DNA of 64,000 nucleotides, taken from Actinomycetota bacterium. GTDB taxonomy: Bacteria; Actinomycetota; Actinomycetes; S36-B12; UBA5976. The stretch lies in contig WLPX01000001.1 in NCBI GenBank assembly GCA_009698575.1, positions 392,747 through 456,746 of the forward strand, in the 5' to 3' direction. Position 1 is the first letter of the stretch, and each line of letters starts with the position of its first letter. Positions 1 through 7,741 of the stretch are shown here, piece by piece. The notes beneath the pieces were generated by a model, which saw only the letters and a program-made list of their open reading frames with translations, did no database searches and was not told the origin of the DNA. The position numbers were made by a program, and so were the translations under genes.

Positions 1-285
1 GCCACTGCTTCGGCTCGATCCTGGGCCGGCTGGGTTTATTTAGTAACTGTTGGCTCGTTACTTGGGTATACGGTCTATACCTGGTTACTAGAAAATGCTT
101 CGATTACTTTGGTATCAACTTATGCATATGTAAATCCTGTTGTTGCGGTAGCACTTGGCATTTTAATATTTAGTGAGAAAGTCACGCTAAATATTTTTAT
201 CGGCGGCTTGATAGTTATCGCAAGCGTTGCGATCGTAGTTGCAGTTGAATCTGCTAAGAAACAAACTCCGCTGCAAGTTCAATAA
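1..285 (+). CDS. EamA/DMT-family transporter, C-terminal fragment (start lies outside the window)
   Basis: Frame 1 is open from base 1 to TAA at 283-285. The translation (..WAGWVYLVTVGSLLGYTVYTWLLENASITLVSTYAYVNPVVAVALGILIFSEKVTLNIFIGGLIVIASVAIVVAVE..) gives hydrophobic helices typical of the second EamA repeat. It is absent from the ORF track because it has no start codon in the window. Confidence 0.6.
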   Translation, partial: ATASARSWAGWVYLVTVGSLLGYTVYTWLLENASITLVSTYAYVNPVVAVALGILIFSEKVTLNIFIGGLIVIASVAIVVAVESAKKQTPLQVQ

Positions 286-1333
286 TTCGTTCCAGCGCAG
301 CTCGCTCGCCAATGCTGATGCGAACTCCTTCCCCCGAAAATGGGCGAATTGAAACCGCGATGTCTGCGCTGCGGCTAGTGAATTCATCCGTGCGATCCCC
401 TAATGGTAGCCACACAAAATTAGCCTGGCTTGCCGGCAAATCAAAACCGATCTTGCGTAATTCAGCTTCAAACCAATTTCGCTCAGCGATCATCTTTTCT
501 ACAATTTCAAATAGTTCCGCTTCATGTTGGAGTGAGGAAACAGCTGCGGCTTGCGCAATGCCAGATACACCAAATGGAACTGCAGTTTTGCGAACTGCTT
601 CTGCGATGTGTTCGGGGCCTATGAAATAACCCACTCGCAATCCAGCCAGTCCATAGGCTTTCGAAAAGGTTCGTAGTACACCAACATTTGTGTGTGCTTT
701 CATAGTTGCCATGCCATCAATTGCTAGCGCGTCTCGATTAAATTCCACATATGCTTCATCGATTACTACCAAAATATCTTTTGGAACTTTAGCTAGAAAT
801 GAATCAATTTCTGGTTGTGTAACAATTCCACCCGTTGGATTGTTCGGGGTGCAGATAAAAATCACACGAGTCCTCGGGGTGATCGCTACAAGCATCGCCG
901 GTAGATCGTGTTGTCCCGAAGCTGTAAGTGGAATCTGGACGTTAACTGCTCCCGCAATCGTGGCAATGATTGGATAGGCCTCAAATGATCGCCAGGCATA
1001 CATAACTTCATCGCCCGCATCAGCAACGGCTTGCACAATCTGTTGACATACGCCAACAGATCCCGTGCCGGTCGCAATTTGTTCAATTGGCACATCAAAT
1101 TTGTCAGCCAGCGCAGCAGTTAACGTGCTGGCGAATGGATCTGGGTAGCGATTAATCTCAGCTGCTGCATCGACTATTGCTGAGAGCACACTTGGTAATG
1201 GAGCGTGGGCGTTCTCGTTAGAGGAAAGCTTGTAAGCATCGAGGCCATTAACTGGCGCAACTTTTTTTCCCGCTTTATACGTTGGTAAAGCCGAAATTTC
1301 GGAGCGAAGCTGAGGCTTCATCGATTCACTCAT
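254..1333 (-). CDS. class-II PLP aminotransferase, histidinol-phosphate/aromatic (HisC/Pat family)
   Basis: 359 aa. Motifs: SSNENAHAP near the N-terminus, TPNNPTGG, and the PLP-lysine motif RTFSKAYGLAGLRVGY. It is not next to other his genes, so the Pat/HisC2-type assignment is equally possible. Confidence 0.85.
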   Translation of the reverse strand: MSESMKPQLRSEISALPTYKAGKKVAPVNGLDAYKLSSNENAHAPLPSVLSAIVDAAAEINRYPDPFASTLTAALADKFDVPIEQIATGTGSVGVCQQIVQAVADAGDEVMYAWRSFEAYPIIATIAGAVNVQIPLTASGQHDLPAMLVAITPRTRVIFICTPNNPTGGIVTQPEIDSFLAKVPKDILVVIDEAYVEFNRDALAIDGMATMKAHTNVGVLRTFSKAYGLAGLRVGYFIGPEHIAEAVRKTAVPFGVSGIAQAAAVSSLQHEAELFEIVEKMIAERNWFEAELRKIGFDLPASQANFVWLPLGDRTDEFTSRSADIAVSIRPFSGEGVRISIGERAALERIIELAAEFVS

Positions 1334-2469
1334 TATCCGAGCCTACGGGTAATCACAACAACTGACACATCATCTCGATGCCAGGTAACAGAATCTTGCC
1401 TAGCGGCAGACACAATTAAGTTGGTTAATTCCGAAGATGATTCCACTTGATGACCGGAAACCACAGAGGTAATCAAACCTTGGGTGCCAAATTCTTCGCC
1501 CTTGTCATCTTGAGTTTCAATCAAACCGTCAGAGGCCAATACGATGCGGTTATCAGGTGCAAAGAAGAATTCCTGACTGATCCAATCGCCACCGAATCCA
1601 CCTAGCATTGGGCCGGTGGGATTCAACGCTGTGATCAAATAATTACTGTCTATCCAATAGCCTGCCGGGTGCCCGGCATTAACCCATTTGATTGGCAAAC
1701 TCTCATCATTTGGAATATCGAGTATTGCTGCAGTGGCTAACAAAGCATCAACATCAGTAAGTCCAGCCGAGACTCGCTCCATAACTGCGGCTGGCGAGAA
1801 TCCTGCGGAAAGCGCGGCCGTCATAATTGCCTTGATCTGCAGCCCAACTACACCAGCTTCAGGCCCGTGGCCTGTGACATCAACTATTGCAACCGCGTAA
1901 CCCTGCGGTGTGCGGATTACATCCCACCAGTCGCCAGCGATTGCGCCGCTGGCTGGCAGGGTCTGGCCTGCGATGTCTAAACCAGCCACCGATGTATCTA
2001 TCAAAGTTTGAGAAAGCGCCTTACGCATCGATGTGACTAACGGAGCGTTCTGTTCTAATCCCTGCCAAGCCGCTCTGGCAATATCAATTTGTGCAACTAG
2101 ATTTTGTCGCATTGATTCAGCATCGGCAGCTGCCAACTTAATTTCGGGTGGGTTAGCAACTTCGATTACTTGATTGATGGTGCCACTTGCAACAAGTCGC
2201 AGTTCGGTTCGCATTTCATCCAGCGGCGCAAGCAACCAGCGTTCTAAAAATATCCATCCCAACGCTAACAACGTCAAGCTTAAAAAGATTGAAATGCTTA
2301 GCGCTGATGAAAGCTGATCAGCAACTTCATCAAGCCTGATATCTCTTGCGATTGTTTCCGAGATTTCTTCGCGTGCCTTGATGTATGCCAGACGTTCCCA
2401 AACTGCCGCACCAAGTATCGTCACAGCAAAAATTGCAATGAAAAATTGAAGTCGTCGACGTAGCGTCAT
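1333..2469 (-). CDS. membrane-anchored HAMP + PP2C/SpoIIE-family protein phosphatase
   Basis: Two N-terminal TM helices, a HAMP-like linker, and a SpoIIE core with DVTGHGPEAG and ASDGLIE. I chose the start at M26 of the track ORF (MTLRRRLQFF, 2469) because the longer ORF overlaps the upstream gene, which ends at 2480. Confidence 0.8.
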   Translation of the reverse strand: MTLRRRLQFFIAIFAVTILGAAVWERLAYIKAREEISETIARDIRLDEVADQLSSALSISIFLSLTLLALGWIFLERWLLAPLDEMRTELRLVASGTINQVIEVANPPEIKLAAADAESMRQNLVAQIDIARAAWQGLEQNAPLVTSMRKALSQTLIDTSVAGLDIAGQTLPASGAIAGDWWDVIRTPQGYAVAIVDVTGHGPEAGVVGLQIKAIMTAALSAGFSPAAVMERVSAGLTDVDALLATAAILDIPNDESLPIKWVNAGHPAGYWIDSNYLITALNPTGPMLGGFGGDWISQEFFFAPDNRIVLASDGLIETQDDKGEEFGTQGLITSVVSGHQVESSSELTNLIVSAARQDSVTWHRDDVSVVVITRRLG

Positions 2470-2479
2470 ATGCCAAAGT

Positions 2480-3862
2480 CTAAAGTAACTTAGACTGCAC
2501 CAATTCAGCGATGGCTTCTTTGAATAATTGGCCGTGCCGATCAACTTGTTCTTGGGTAGTAGTGGGACACATTAAAGCCATGTTGTGAAATGGTGTCATC
2601 AATACGCCACGATTACACATGTACAAATGCATAAACTCATCTAATTCATCATCGCCAGCTTGCATCGAAGTAGTTCCGTTTTTTGGTGCAGGATATGTAA
2701 AGCGATACTCAGCTCGTGCACCGAGTTGTGAAATGGACCATGGCACGCCATGTTCATCTAGCACTTCGTTGACTTGGTCGGTGTAGCGCGTAGCTAGCGC
2801 AATCATGTGCTCGAACGCTTGCTCGGTTAAGACTTCGCCCAGCGTGGCTCGCATTGCTGCCAGCGACAGTGCATTACCAGCAAGAGTGCCACCGACGCCG
2901 CCGACATCAAGTAAGTCTGCGTCCTTATGCGAATTAATTAAGTCCGCGACTTTTTGGGTAAACCCGTAAGCACCTGAAGGGATGCCGGCACCAATACATT
3001 TTCCAATTATGAAAATGTCTGGTTCGAGTTCATCACGCTTAGTCATGCCGCCATAACCTGCGGAAATTGTGTGGGTCTCGTCAATCATTAACAATGCGCC
3101 ATATTTAGTAGCCAGCTCTCGCATTCCCGCTAGGTATCCAGGTTCTGGAAGCACGATGCCGATGTTGGTGAGTGCTGGCTCAGTCAGAATTGCTGCCACA
3201 TCGCCGTGTTGCAATGCTGCTTCTAAGGCCGGAAGGTTGTTGAATTCAACGACACGCGTGGTCTGATCGATTGGTACCGGAGGCGCAACGTTGCCTGGCC
3301 GTGCCACAGTATTGCCGTTGGCATCTAGCACACCAAAAGTTTCATCTACCGAGCCGTGATAGCAATATGAAAACACTAAGATTTTGCTTTTGCCGGTAGC
3401 CAGACGTGCTAATCGAATCGCCCAGCGATTGGAATCTGTTGCAGAAACTGTAAAGGACCAAAGCGGCACACCGAATCTTCGGGCTAGATCTGCGCCAACC
3501 CACTGGGCATCTTCGGTTGGCATCATTGTCGTCATCCCGCCCAAGTCTTGTATCTGATTAATGATTGCCTTGACGCTGGCATCAGGTGAATGTCCAGTCA
3601 TTGCTGCGGTGTCACCTAATGCAAAATCTATATATTCGTGGCCATCAATATCGACAATGATGTTTCCTTTGGCACTTTGCATATAAAGCGGGAATCCACC
3701 TACCCACTTATTCATCCACGGCATTGGCACGCCGCCAAATAAATTGCCGGCCTCGTTATACAGAGCCATGGATTTTGGATTACTTGCACGATAAGTTGTT
3801 CGTTCGCGATCCAACAATGAACTTAGGTGCGCGCGATCTAACTGGGTATTTCGGGTGGACAC
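2480..3862 (-). CDS. class-III (HemL-like) aminotransferase/aminomutase paralog
   Basis: 460 aa. The PLP-lysine region IIGKCIGAGIPSGAYG resembles HemL GKxIGGGxPxGAxG. It carries DETHT instead of the HemL DEVMTGFR motif, so it is probably an omega/beta-transaminase rather than true GSA aminomutase. Confidence 0.75.
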   Translation of the reverse strand: MSTRNTQLDRAHLSSLLDRERTTYRASNPKSMALYNEAGNLFGGVPMPWMNKWVGGFPLYMQSAKGNIIVDIDGHEYIDFALGDTAAMTGHSPDASVKAIINQIQDLGGMTTMMPTEDAQWVGADLARRFGVPLWSFTVSATDSNRWAIRLARLATGKSKILVFSYCYHGSVDETFGVLDANGNTVARPGNVAPPVPIDQTTRVVEFNNLPALEAALQHGDVAAILTEPALTNIGIVLPEPGYLAGMRELATKYGALLMIDETHTISAGYGGMTKRDELEPDIFIIGKCIGAGIPSGAYGFTQKVADLINSHKDADLLDVGGVGGTLAGNALSLAAMRATLGEVLTEQAFEHMIALATRYTDQVNEVLDEHGVPWSISQLGARAEYRFTYPAPKNGTTSMQAGDDELDEFMHLYMCNRGVLMTPFHNMALMCPTTTQEQVDRHGQLFKEAIAELVQSKLL

Positions 3863-3893
3863 AAGTGCCTGCTTTCACGTTCTGAATAAGTAG

Positions 3894-5249
3894 TTAAGAA
3901 GTCGCCATGTCTACGAAACGACTGTAGTGGCCCTGGAATGCCACGGTAACAGTTCCAGTTGGACCGTTGCGATGCTTTGCCAAAATGAAGTCTGCTTCAC
4001 CTGCGCGCGGTGATTCGCGCTCGTAAACATCTTCACGGTGTAACAAAATCACCATGTCAGCATCTTGCTCAAGGGATCCGGATTCACGCAGATCCGAAAG
4101 CATAGGTCGCTTATCCTGGCGTTGCTCGGGACCACGGTTGAGCTGCGAAATTGCAATTACTGGAATTTCCAATTCCTTAGCAAGCAGTTTTAGCGAACGT
4201 GAAAATTCCGAGACTTCAACTTGGCGGCTTTCGACCTTTCGACCTGATGACATCAGTTGCAAGTAGTCGATGATTAATAACTTCAAATCAAAGCGTTGTT
4301 TTAAGCGACGTGCTTTCGCGCGAATTTCCATCATCGTCATGTTCGGCGAATCGTCGATGAACAACGGTGCGTCATTTACTTGACCCATCTTGGTTGCTAA
4401 GCGTCCCCAGTCTGCGTCACTTAAAGTTCCCGCGCGCATGTGGTTTAAGCCAACTTGAGCTTCTGCAGAAAGTAGTCGCATCACGATTTCATTACGACTC
4501 ATTTCAAGTGAGAATATTGCCGAAGTTAAATTGTGTTTGATACTTGCCGAGCGCGCTAAATCTAAACCAAGTGTGGACTTACCAATTGCCGGACGAGCCG
4601 CAACGATAACTAATTGTCCGGCATGTAAACCGTGTGTGATGTCATCGAGTTGTTGGAAGCCAGTTGGAACTCCGACTAGCTGTCCACCACGACCTTCGAT
4701 TGCTTCAATTTCCGAAAGTGTTTGCGGCATGATTTCCGAAAGTGGTGCGTAGTCTTCGGAAGTGCGGCGGCCAGTAACGTCGTACACCTCAGCTTGCGCA
4801 CGATCAACTAGTTGATCTACTTCGGCTTCTCCGGCGTAACCCATTTGTGCGATGCGCGTACCAGCATCAACAAGGCGTCGCAGGATTGCCCGCTCGGTAA
4901 CAATACGCGCATAGTAAGAACCGTTAGCAGCTGTTGGCACACTCGCTACGAGCGTGTGCAAGTAACCTGCGCCGCCGACATTACCAAGTGCGCCACTCTT
5001 GCTTAAGTAGTTTGCAACCGTGATTGCATCGGCTGGTTCGCCGCGGCCATAAATATCTAGAATCGCTCCGTAGATAGTTGCGTGAGCTGGTTTGTAAAAA
5101 TCAACTTCGCGTAGTGTCTCGATTACATCGGCAATGGCGTCTTTGCTGAGCAACATTGCGCCAAGGACTGACTGCTCGGCGACGATGTCTTGCGGTGGGG
5201 TTAGCGCGCCTTCTTCTTCGTAATTGCGGGGAAATTCCGCGACGCTCAT
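3894..5249 (-). CDS. dnaB: replicative DNA helicase DnaB
   Basis: 451 aa. N-terminal PPQDIVAEQSVLGAMLL, Walker A ARPAIGKSTLGLD, IIDYLQLM, and C-terminal LAKHRNGPTG. Confidence 0.96.
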   Translation of the reverse strand: MSVAEFPRNYEEEGALTPPQDIVAEQSVLGAMLLSKDAIADVIETLREVDFYKPAHATIYGAILDIYGRGEPADAITVANYLSKSGALGNVGGAGYLHTLVASVPTAANGSYYARIVTERAILRRLVDAGTRIAQMGYAGEAEVDQLVDRAQAEVYDVTGRRTSEDYAPLSEIMPQTLSEIEAIEGRGGQLVGVPTGFQQLDDITHGLHAGQLVIVAARPAIGKSTLGLDLARSASIKHNLTSAIFSLEMSRNEIVMRLLSAEAQVGLNHMRAGTLSDADWGRLATKMGQVNDAPLFIDDSPNMTMMEIRAKARRLKQRFDLKLLIIDYLQLMSSGRKVESRQVEVSEFSRSLKLLAKELEIPVIAISQLNRGPEQRQDKRPMLSDLRESGSLEQDADMVILLHREDVYERESPRAGEADFILAKHRNGPTGTVTVAFQGHYSRFVDMATS

Positions 5250-5338
5250 TTAGTCCACCTTTGGTTTTAGGCCCAATAATCCTGATTTATCAAGTGTTCT
5301 TGACTGTACGGTTAGGGCCTGACAATAACAATGGGGCC

Positions 5339-5437
5339 TGTGGATAACTAAGTGGATAATATGGGGAAAACCGCCGAAACAATGGGTATTTCGCTGGGGA
5401 TATCCTGTGAGGTTAACTGGACATTGCCTGTGGATAT
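5339..5437 (-). promoter_or_regulatory. DnaA-box cluster immediately upstream of dnaB
   Basis: On the + strand: TGTGGATAA 5339-5347 (perfect), AGTGGATAA 5351-5359, TGGGGATAT 5395-5403, TGTGGATAT 5429-5437. All share one orientation (TTATCCACA-like on the dnaB strand) and lie 90-190 bp upstream of the dnaB start at 5249. Confidence 0.6.
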
Positions 5438-5514
5438 CCCCGTTTATCAGGGATTTTGCTGTCCCAAGCCTGTGTGCAGAAAGTTCTTGCCCAACTATTT
5501 TTCTCCCCGGCTAT

Positions 5515-6747
5515 TCAGCCGGCACTAGTGCCGTCTTGGGCTGGAGTTAACACTCCTTTGAGTCGCAGTGCAAACACGCAGGCGAGTAACTGACCAGCCA
5601 CAATCATGCCGATCCAGCTACCAACAAGTTTGTGCTGCAACATCACGCCGGACACAGCTGGCCCCACGGCACCAGCAAAGACCCAGATCAAACCATCAAC
5701 TGAGTTATACCGGCCGCGTAAATGTTCAGGGGCCAATTCGTTAGTAAGGGTCGGGCCTACCGAAGACCAGATCATCTCACCGAGTGCGAATATTCCAATT
5801 CCTAACGCTGCAAGAATAAACGTTGCTGTCGGATTGAGAGCCACACTAATACCGATGATTACCCAGGACACTGACCAAAGAATTGCAACTGTTGCCATTA
5901 AGCGAATTCGGCTTCGTCCAGTTAGTCGATTTAAGACGAAAATCTGTCCGATGACAATCACGCCGGTATTGACTGCCCAAATTGGACCAAGTGTACGTAC
6001 TGACAAATCCCCAAACAAAGTCAGTAGCGCGGGAAGTCCCGCATCTAAAGATGCATAACCAAAAGTGATCATCAAAAGTTTTGCAAAGGCAAGTCGTATA
6101 AAAGATCGATCGGTAAGCACCTCGCGGTATCCGCCATCGTTATCAACTTGCTCTTGTGTCTTTTCAATTTTTCCACCTACGCCATGTAAGGAATAAATAA
6201 AAGCAAAAAATACCAGAAACGTAATCGCATCTAAAAAGTAAAGGCGCGTGAAGCTCGCTGGGTCGTTTACGTTCACAATGAAGGAGCTAAAAACTCCACC
6301 AAGACCAAGTCCCAGATTTAGCATCATGAATTGCAAACCGAAAAACTTTGGCCGAAAATCTTCATCAACCATGCGAGCCATCATGGTGGTCTGTGGCGGC
6401 CAGATCGCCGAAGCGCCAAGTGAAGAAAGCGCGCCAACTATCAGGGCACTTTGGATATCCGTTACAAATGCCCACGACGCAGTCGAGATCGCCTCAATCA
6501 AAATTGCAGCGAGCATAATTCGCCTTGGGCCGTACTGATCAACCAGGTAACCAATCATCGGTGAAAATGCCAGTCCGGTGATTGCCATCCAAGACAGAAT
6601 TAACGATGCCGAGGTTAGAGAAATTCCTCGGACTTGATTTAAATAGATAATCAAAATCGGTAAAGTTAATCCGCCGCCGAGTGAATTAAGCAATGCGCCA
6701 GCTAAGAACCGCTTTACCTGCGGTGAGGCAGTTCGCAATTCATTCAC
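5515..6747 (-). CDS. MFS transporter
   Basis: 410 aa, about 12 predicted TM helices, with an MFS loop motif around YLVDQYGPRRIM. Confidence 0.85.
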   Translation of the reverse strand: MNELRTASPQVKRFLAGALLNSLGGGLTLPILIIYLNQVRGISLTSASLILSWMAITGLAFSPMIGYLVDQYGPRRIMLAAILIEAISTASWAFVTDIQSALIVGALSSLGASAIWPPQTTMMARMVDEDFRPKFFGLQFMMLNLGLGLGGVFSSFIVNVNDPASFTRLYFLDAITFLVFFAFIYSLHGVGGKIEKTQEQVDNDGGYREVLTDRSFIRLAFAKLLMITFGYASLDAGLPALLTLFGDLSVRTLGPIWAVNTGVIVIGQIFVLNRLTGRSRIRLMATVAILWSVSWVIIGISVALNPTATFILAALGIGIFALGEMIWSSVGPTLTNELAPEHLRGRYNSVDGLIWVFAGAVGPAVSGVMLQHKLVGSWIGMIVAGQLLACVFALRLKGVLTPAQDGTSAG

Positions 6748-6800
6748 TTTAGGTACCAGGCCTTTAAGACTTATTGATTTCTGATTCGGACAAACAAAAC

Positions 6801-6823
6801 TGGAGGTAGATAATCTACCTCCA
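6801..6823 (-). terminator. rho-independent terminator after tRNA-Ala
   Basis: Perfect hairpin TGGAGGTAGA-taa/tta-TCTACCTCCA. On the minus strand it is followed by GTTTTGTTTG. Confidence 0.7.
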
Positions 6824-6831
6824 GCGTTATG

Positions 6832-6904
6832 TGGAGAATAGGGGACTCGAACCCCTAACCCCTGCCTTGCAAAGGCAGTGCTCTACCAATTGAGCTAATT
6901 CCCC
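6832..6904 (-). tRNA. tRNA-Ala (anticodon UGC)
   Basis: Minus-strand sequence: GGGGAATTAGCTCAATTGGTAGAGCACTGCCTTTGCAAGGCAGGGGTTAGGGGTTCGAGTCCCCTATTCTCCA. It folds as a cloverleaf with a G3:U70 identity pair and anticodon loop TTTGCAA. No CCA is encoded. Confidence 0.93.
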
Positions 6905-6928
6905 GGCGGTAAAACCGTAGGACAAAAT

Positions 6929-7042
6929 CTACTCTGAAGTAGCCTGTGTCCACAATTCTTGTTCAGCCTTGCTGTCCTCTACTTGTTGGTAGATCACATA
7001 TCCGGCTACCGCCAATAACGCTAGAGACAATAACTTTTTCAT
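6929..7042 (-). CDS. small membrane-anchored protein (37 aa), resembles the actinobacterial DLW-39 small-protein family
   Basis: ATG at 7042 is preceded by GGAAGGAG 9 nt upstream. Translation: MKKLLSLALLAVAGYVIYQQVEDSKAEQELWTQATSE, stop TAG at 6929-6931. It has a hydrophobic N-terminal helix and an acidic tail with an ELW motif, and sits between tRNA-Ile and tRNA-Ala downstream of gyrA. It falls below the ORF-track size cut-off. Confidence 0.65.
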   Translation of the reverse strand: MKKLLSLALLAVAGYVIYQQVEDSKAEQELWTQATSE

Positions 7043-7074
7043 GTTGATCTACTCCTTCCAACTAGAATTTTGCG

Positions 7075-7149
7075 TGGGCCCAGGTGGACTTGAACCACCG
7101 ACCTCTTCGTTATCAGCGAAGCGCTCTAACCAAGCTGAGCTATGGGCCC
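7075..7149 (-). tRNA. tRNA-Ile (anticodon GAU)
   Basis: Minus-strand sequence: GGGCCCATAGCTCAGCTTGGTTAGAGCGCTTCGCTGATAACGAAGAGGTCGGTGGTTCAAGTCCACCTGGGCCCA. Cloverleaf with anticodon loop CTGATAA. No CCA is encoded. Confidence 0.93.
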
Positions 7150-7264
7150 GAATTTCTTTCGGATCTTGCCTTGTCTTTGCCTTACATTTATTGATTTGTC
7201 CCTATTTCTAGGCACGAGTTAAGAGGTTACCTTAAAGCGGGCTTTCCCCCAAAATGACTGATTT

Positions 7265-7741
7265 CTATCCCCTGTCGGTCAGGGTTAATTCCACTCCGCC
7301 GGTGAAACCGACGCTGAGGTTATACAAAACTGCAAACAGTGTCGAAAGCACACTAAGTAGCACGATTTCTATTGCGGAGAGCACCATTGTTAGCCCAAGC
7401 AATCTGCCTAATGACAAGAAGCTCACGCCGGATCCGGTGCTGCCAGATGCATCACTCCAGAGACTGGTTATTGCTTCAAACACACCTGCCGCGGACAACA
7501 TTCCCCACAGCACGACGGTGGCAACCATCAGCACTCCTGCGATCGTTACACCCAACACGAAGGCGCCTTTGGCAACAGACCATGGGTCTACGTGAGTTAG
7601 ATGCAGGCGTACCTGTCGGTTTGGCTGTGTATCTGCAGGTACAGCTGCCGGCGTTGCTGACTCTTGTGCCTTAAGCGGGTTCTTGAAAAAGTTTCGCTTC
7701 GTTGGCTGATCGTCATTTAAATCAATATCGATGTCAGACAT
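7265..7741 (-). CDS. DUF3566-type transmembrane protein (positional equivalent of M. tuberculosis Rv0007)
   Basis: 158 aa. The start abuts the gyrA stop. It has an acidic/proline N-terminus followed by LTHVDPWSVAKGAFVLG and TM helices. A gene of this type immediately after gyrA is the conserved actinobacterial arrangement. Confidence 0.8.
   Translation of the reverse strand: MSDIDIDLNDDQPTKRNFFKNPLKAQESATPAAVPADTQPNRQVRLHLTHVDPWSVAKGAFVLGVTIAGVLMVATVVLWGMLSAAGVFEAITSLWSDASGSTGSGVSFLSLGRLLGLTMVLSAIEIVLLSVLSTLFAVLYNLSVGFTGGVELTLTDRG

Noticed and set aside
5606-6058. 150-aa + strand ORF inside the MFS gene (and similar antisense ORFs at 30220-30648, 37986-38390, 61004-61480, 14446-14838)
   Set aside because: All lie wholly within well-supported genes on the other strand, lack motifs, and have the Pro/Ser/Arg/Thr-rich composition typical of antisense frames.
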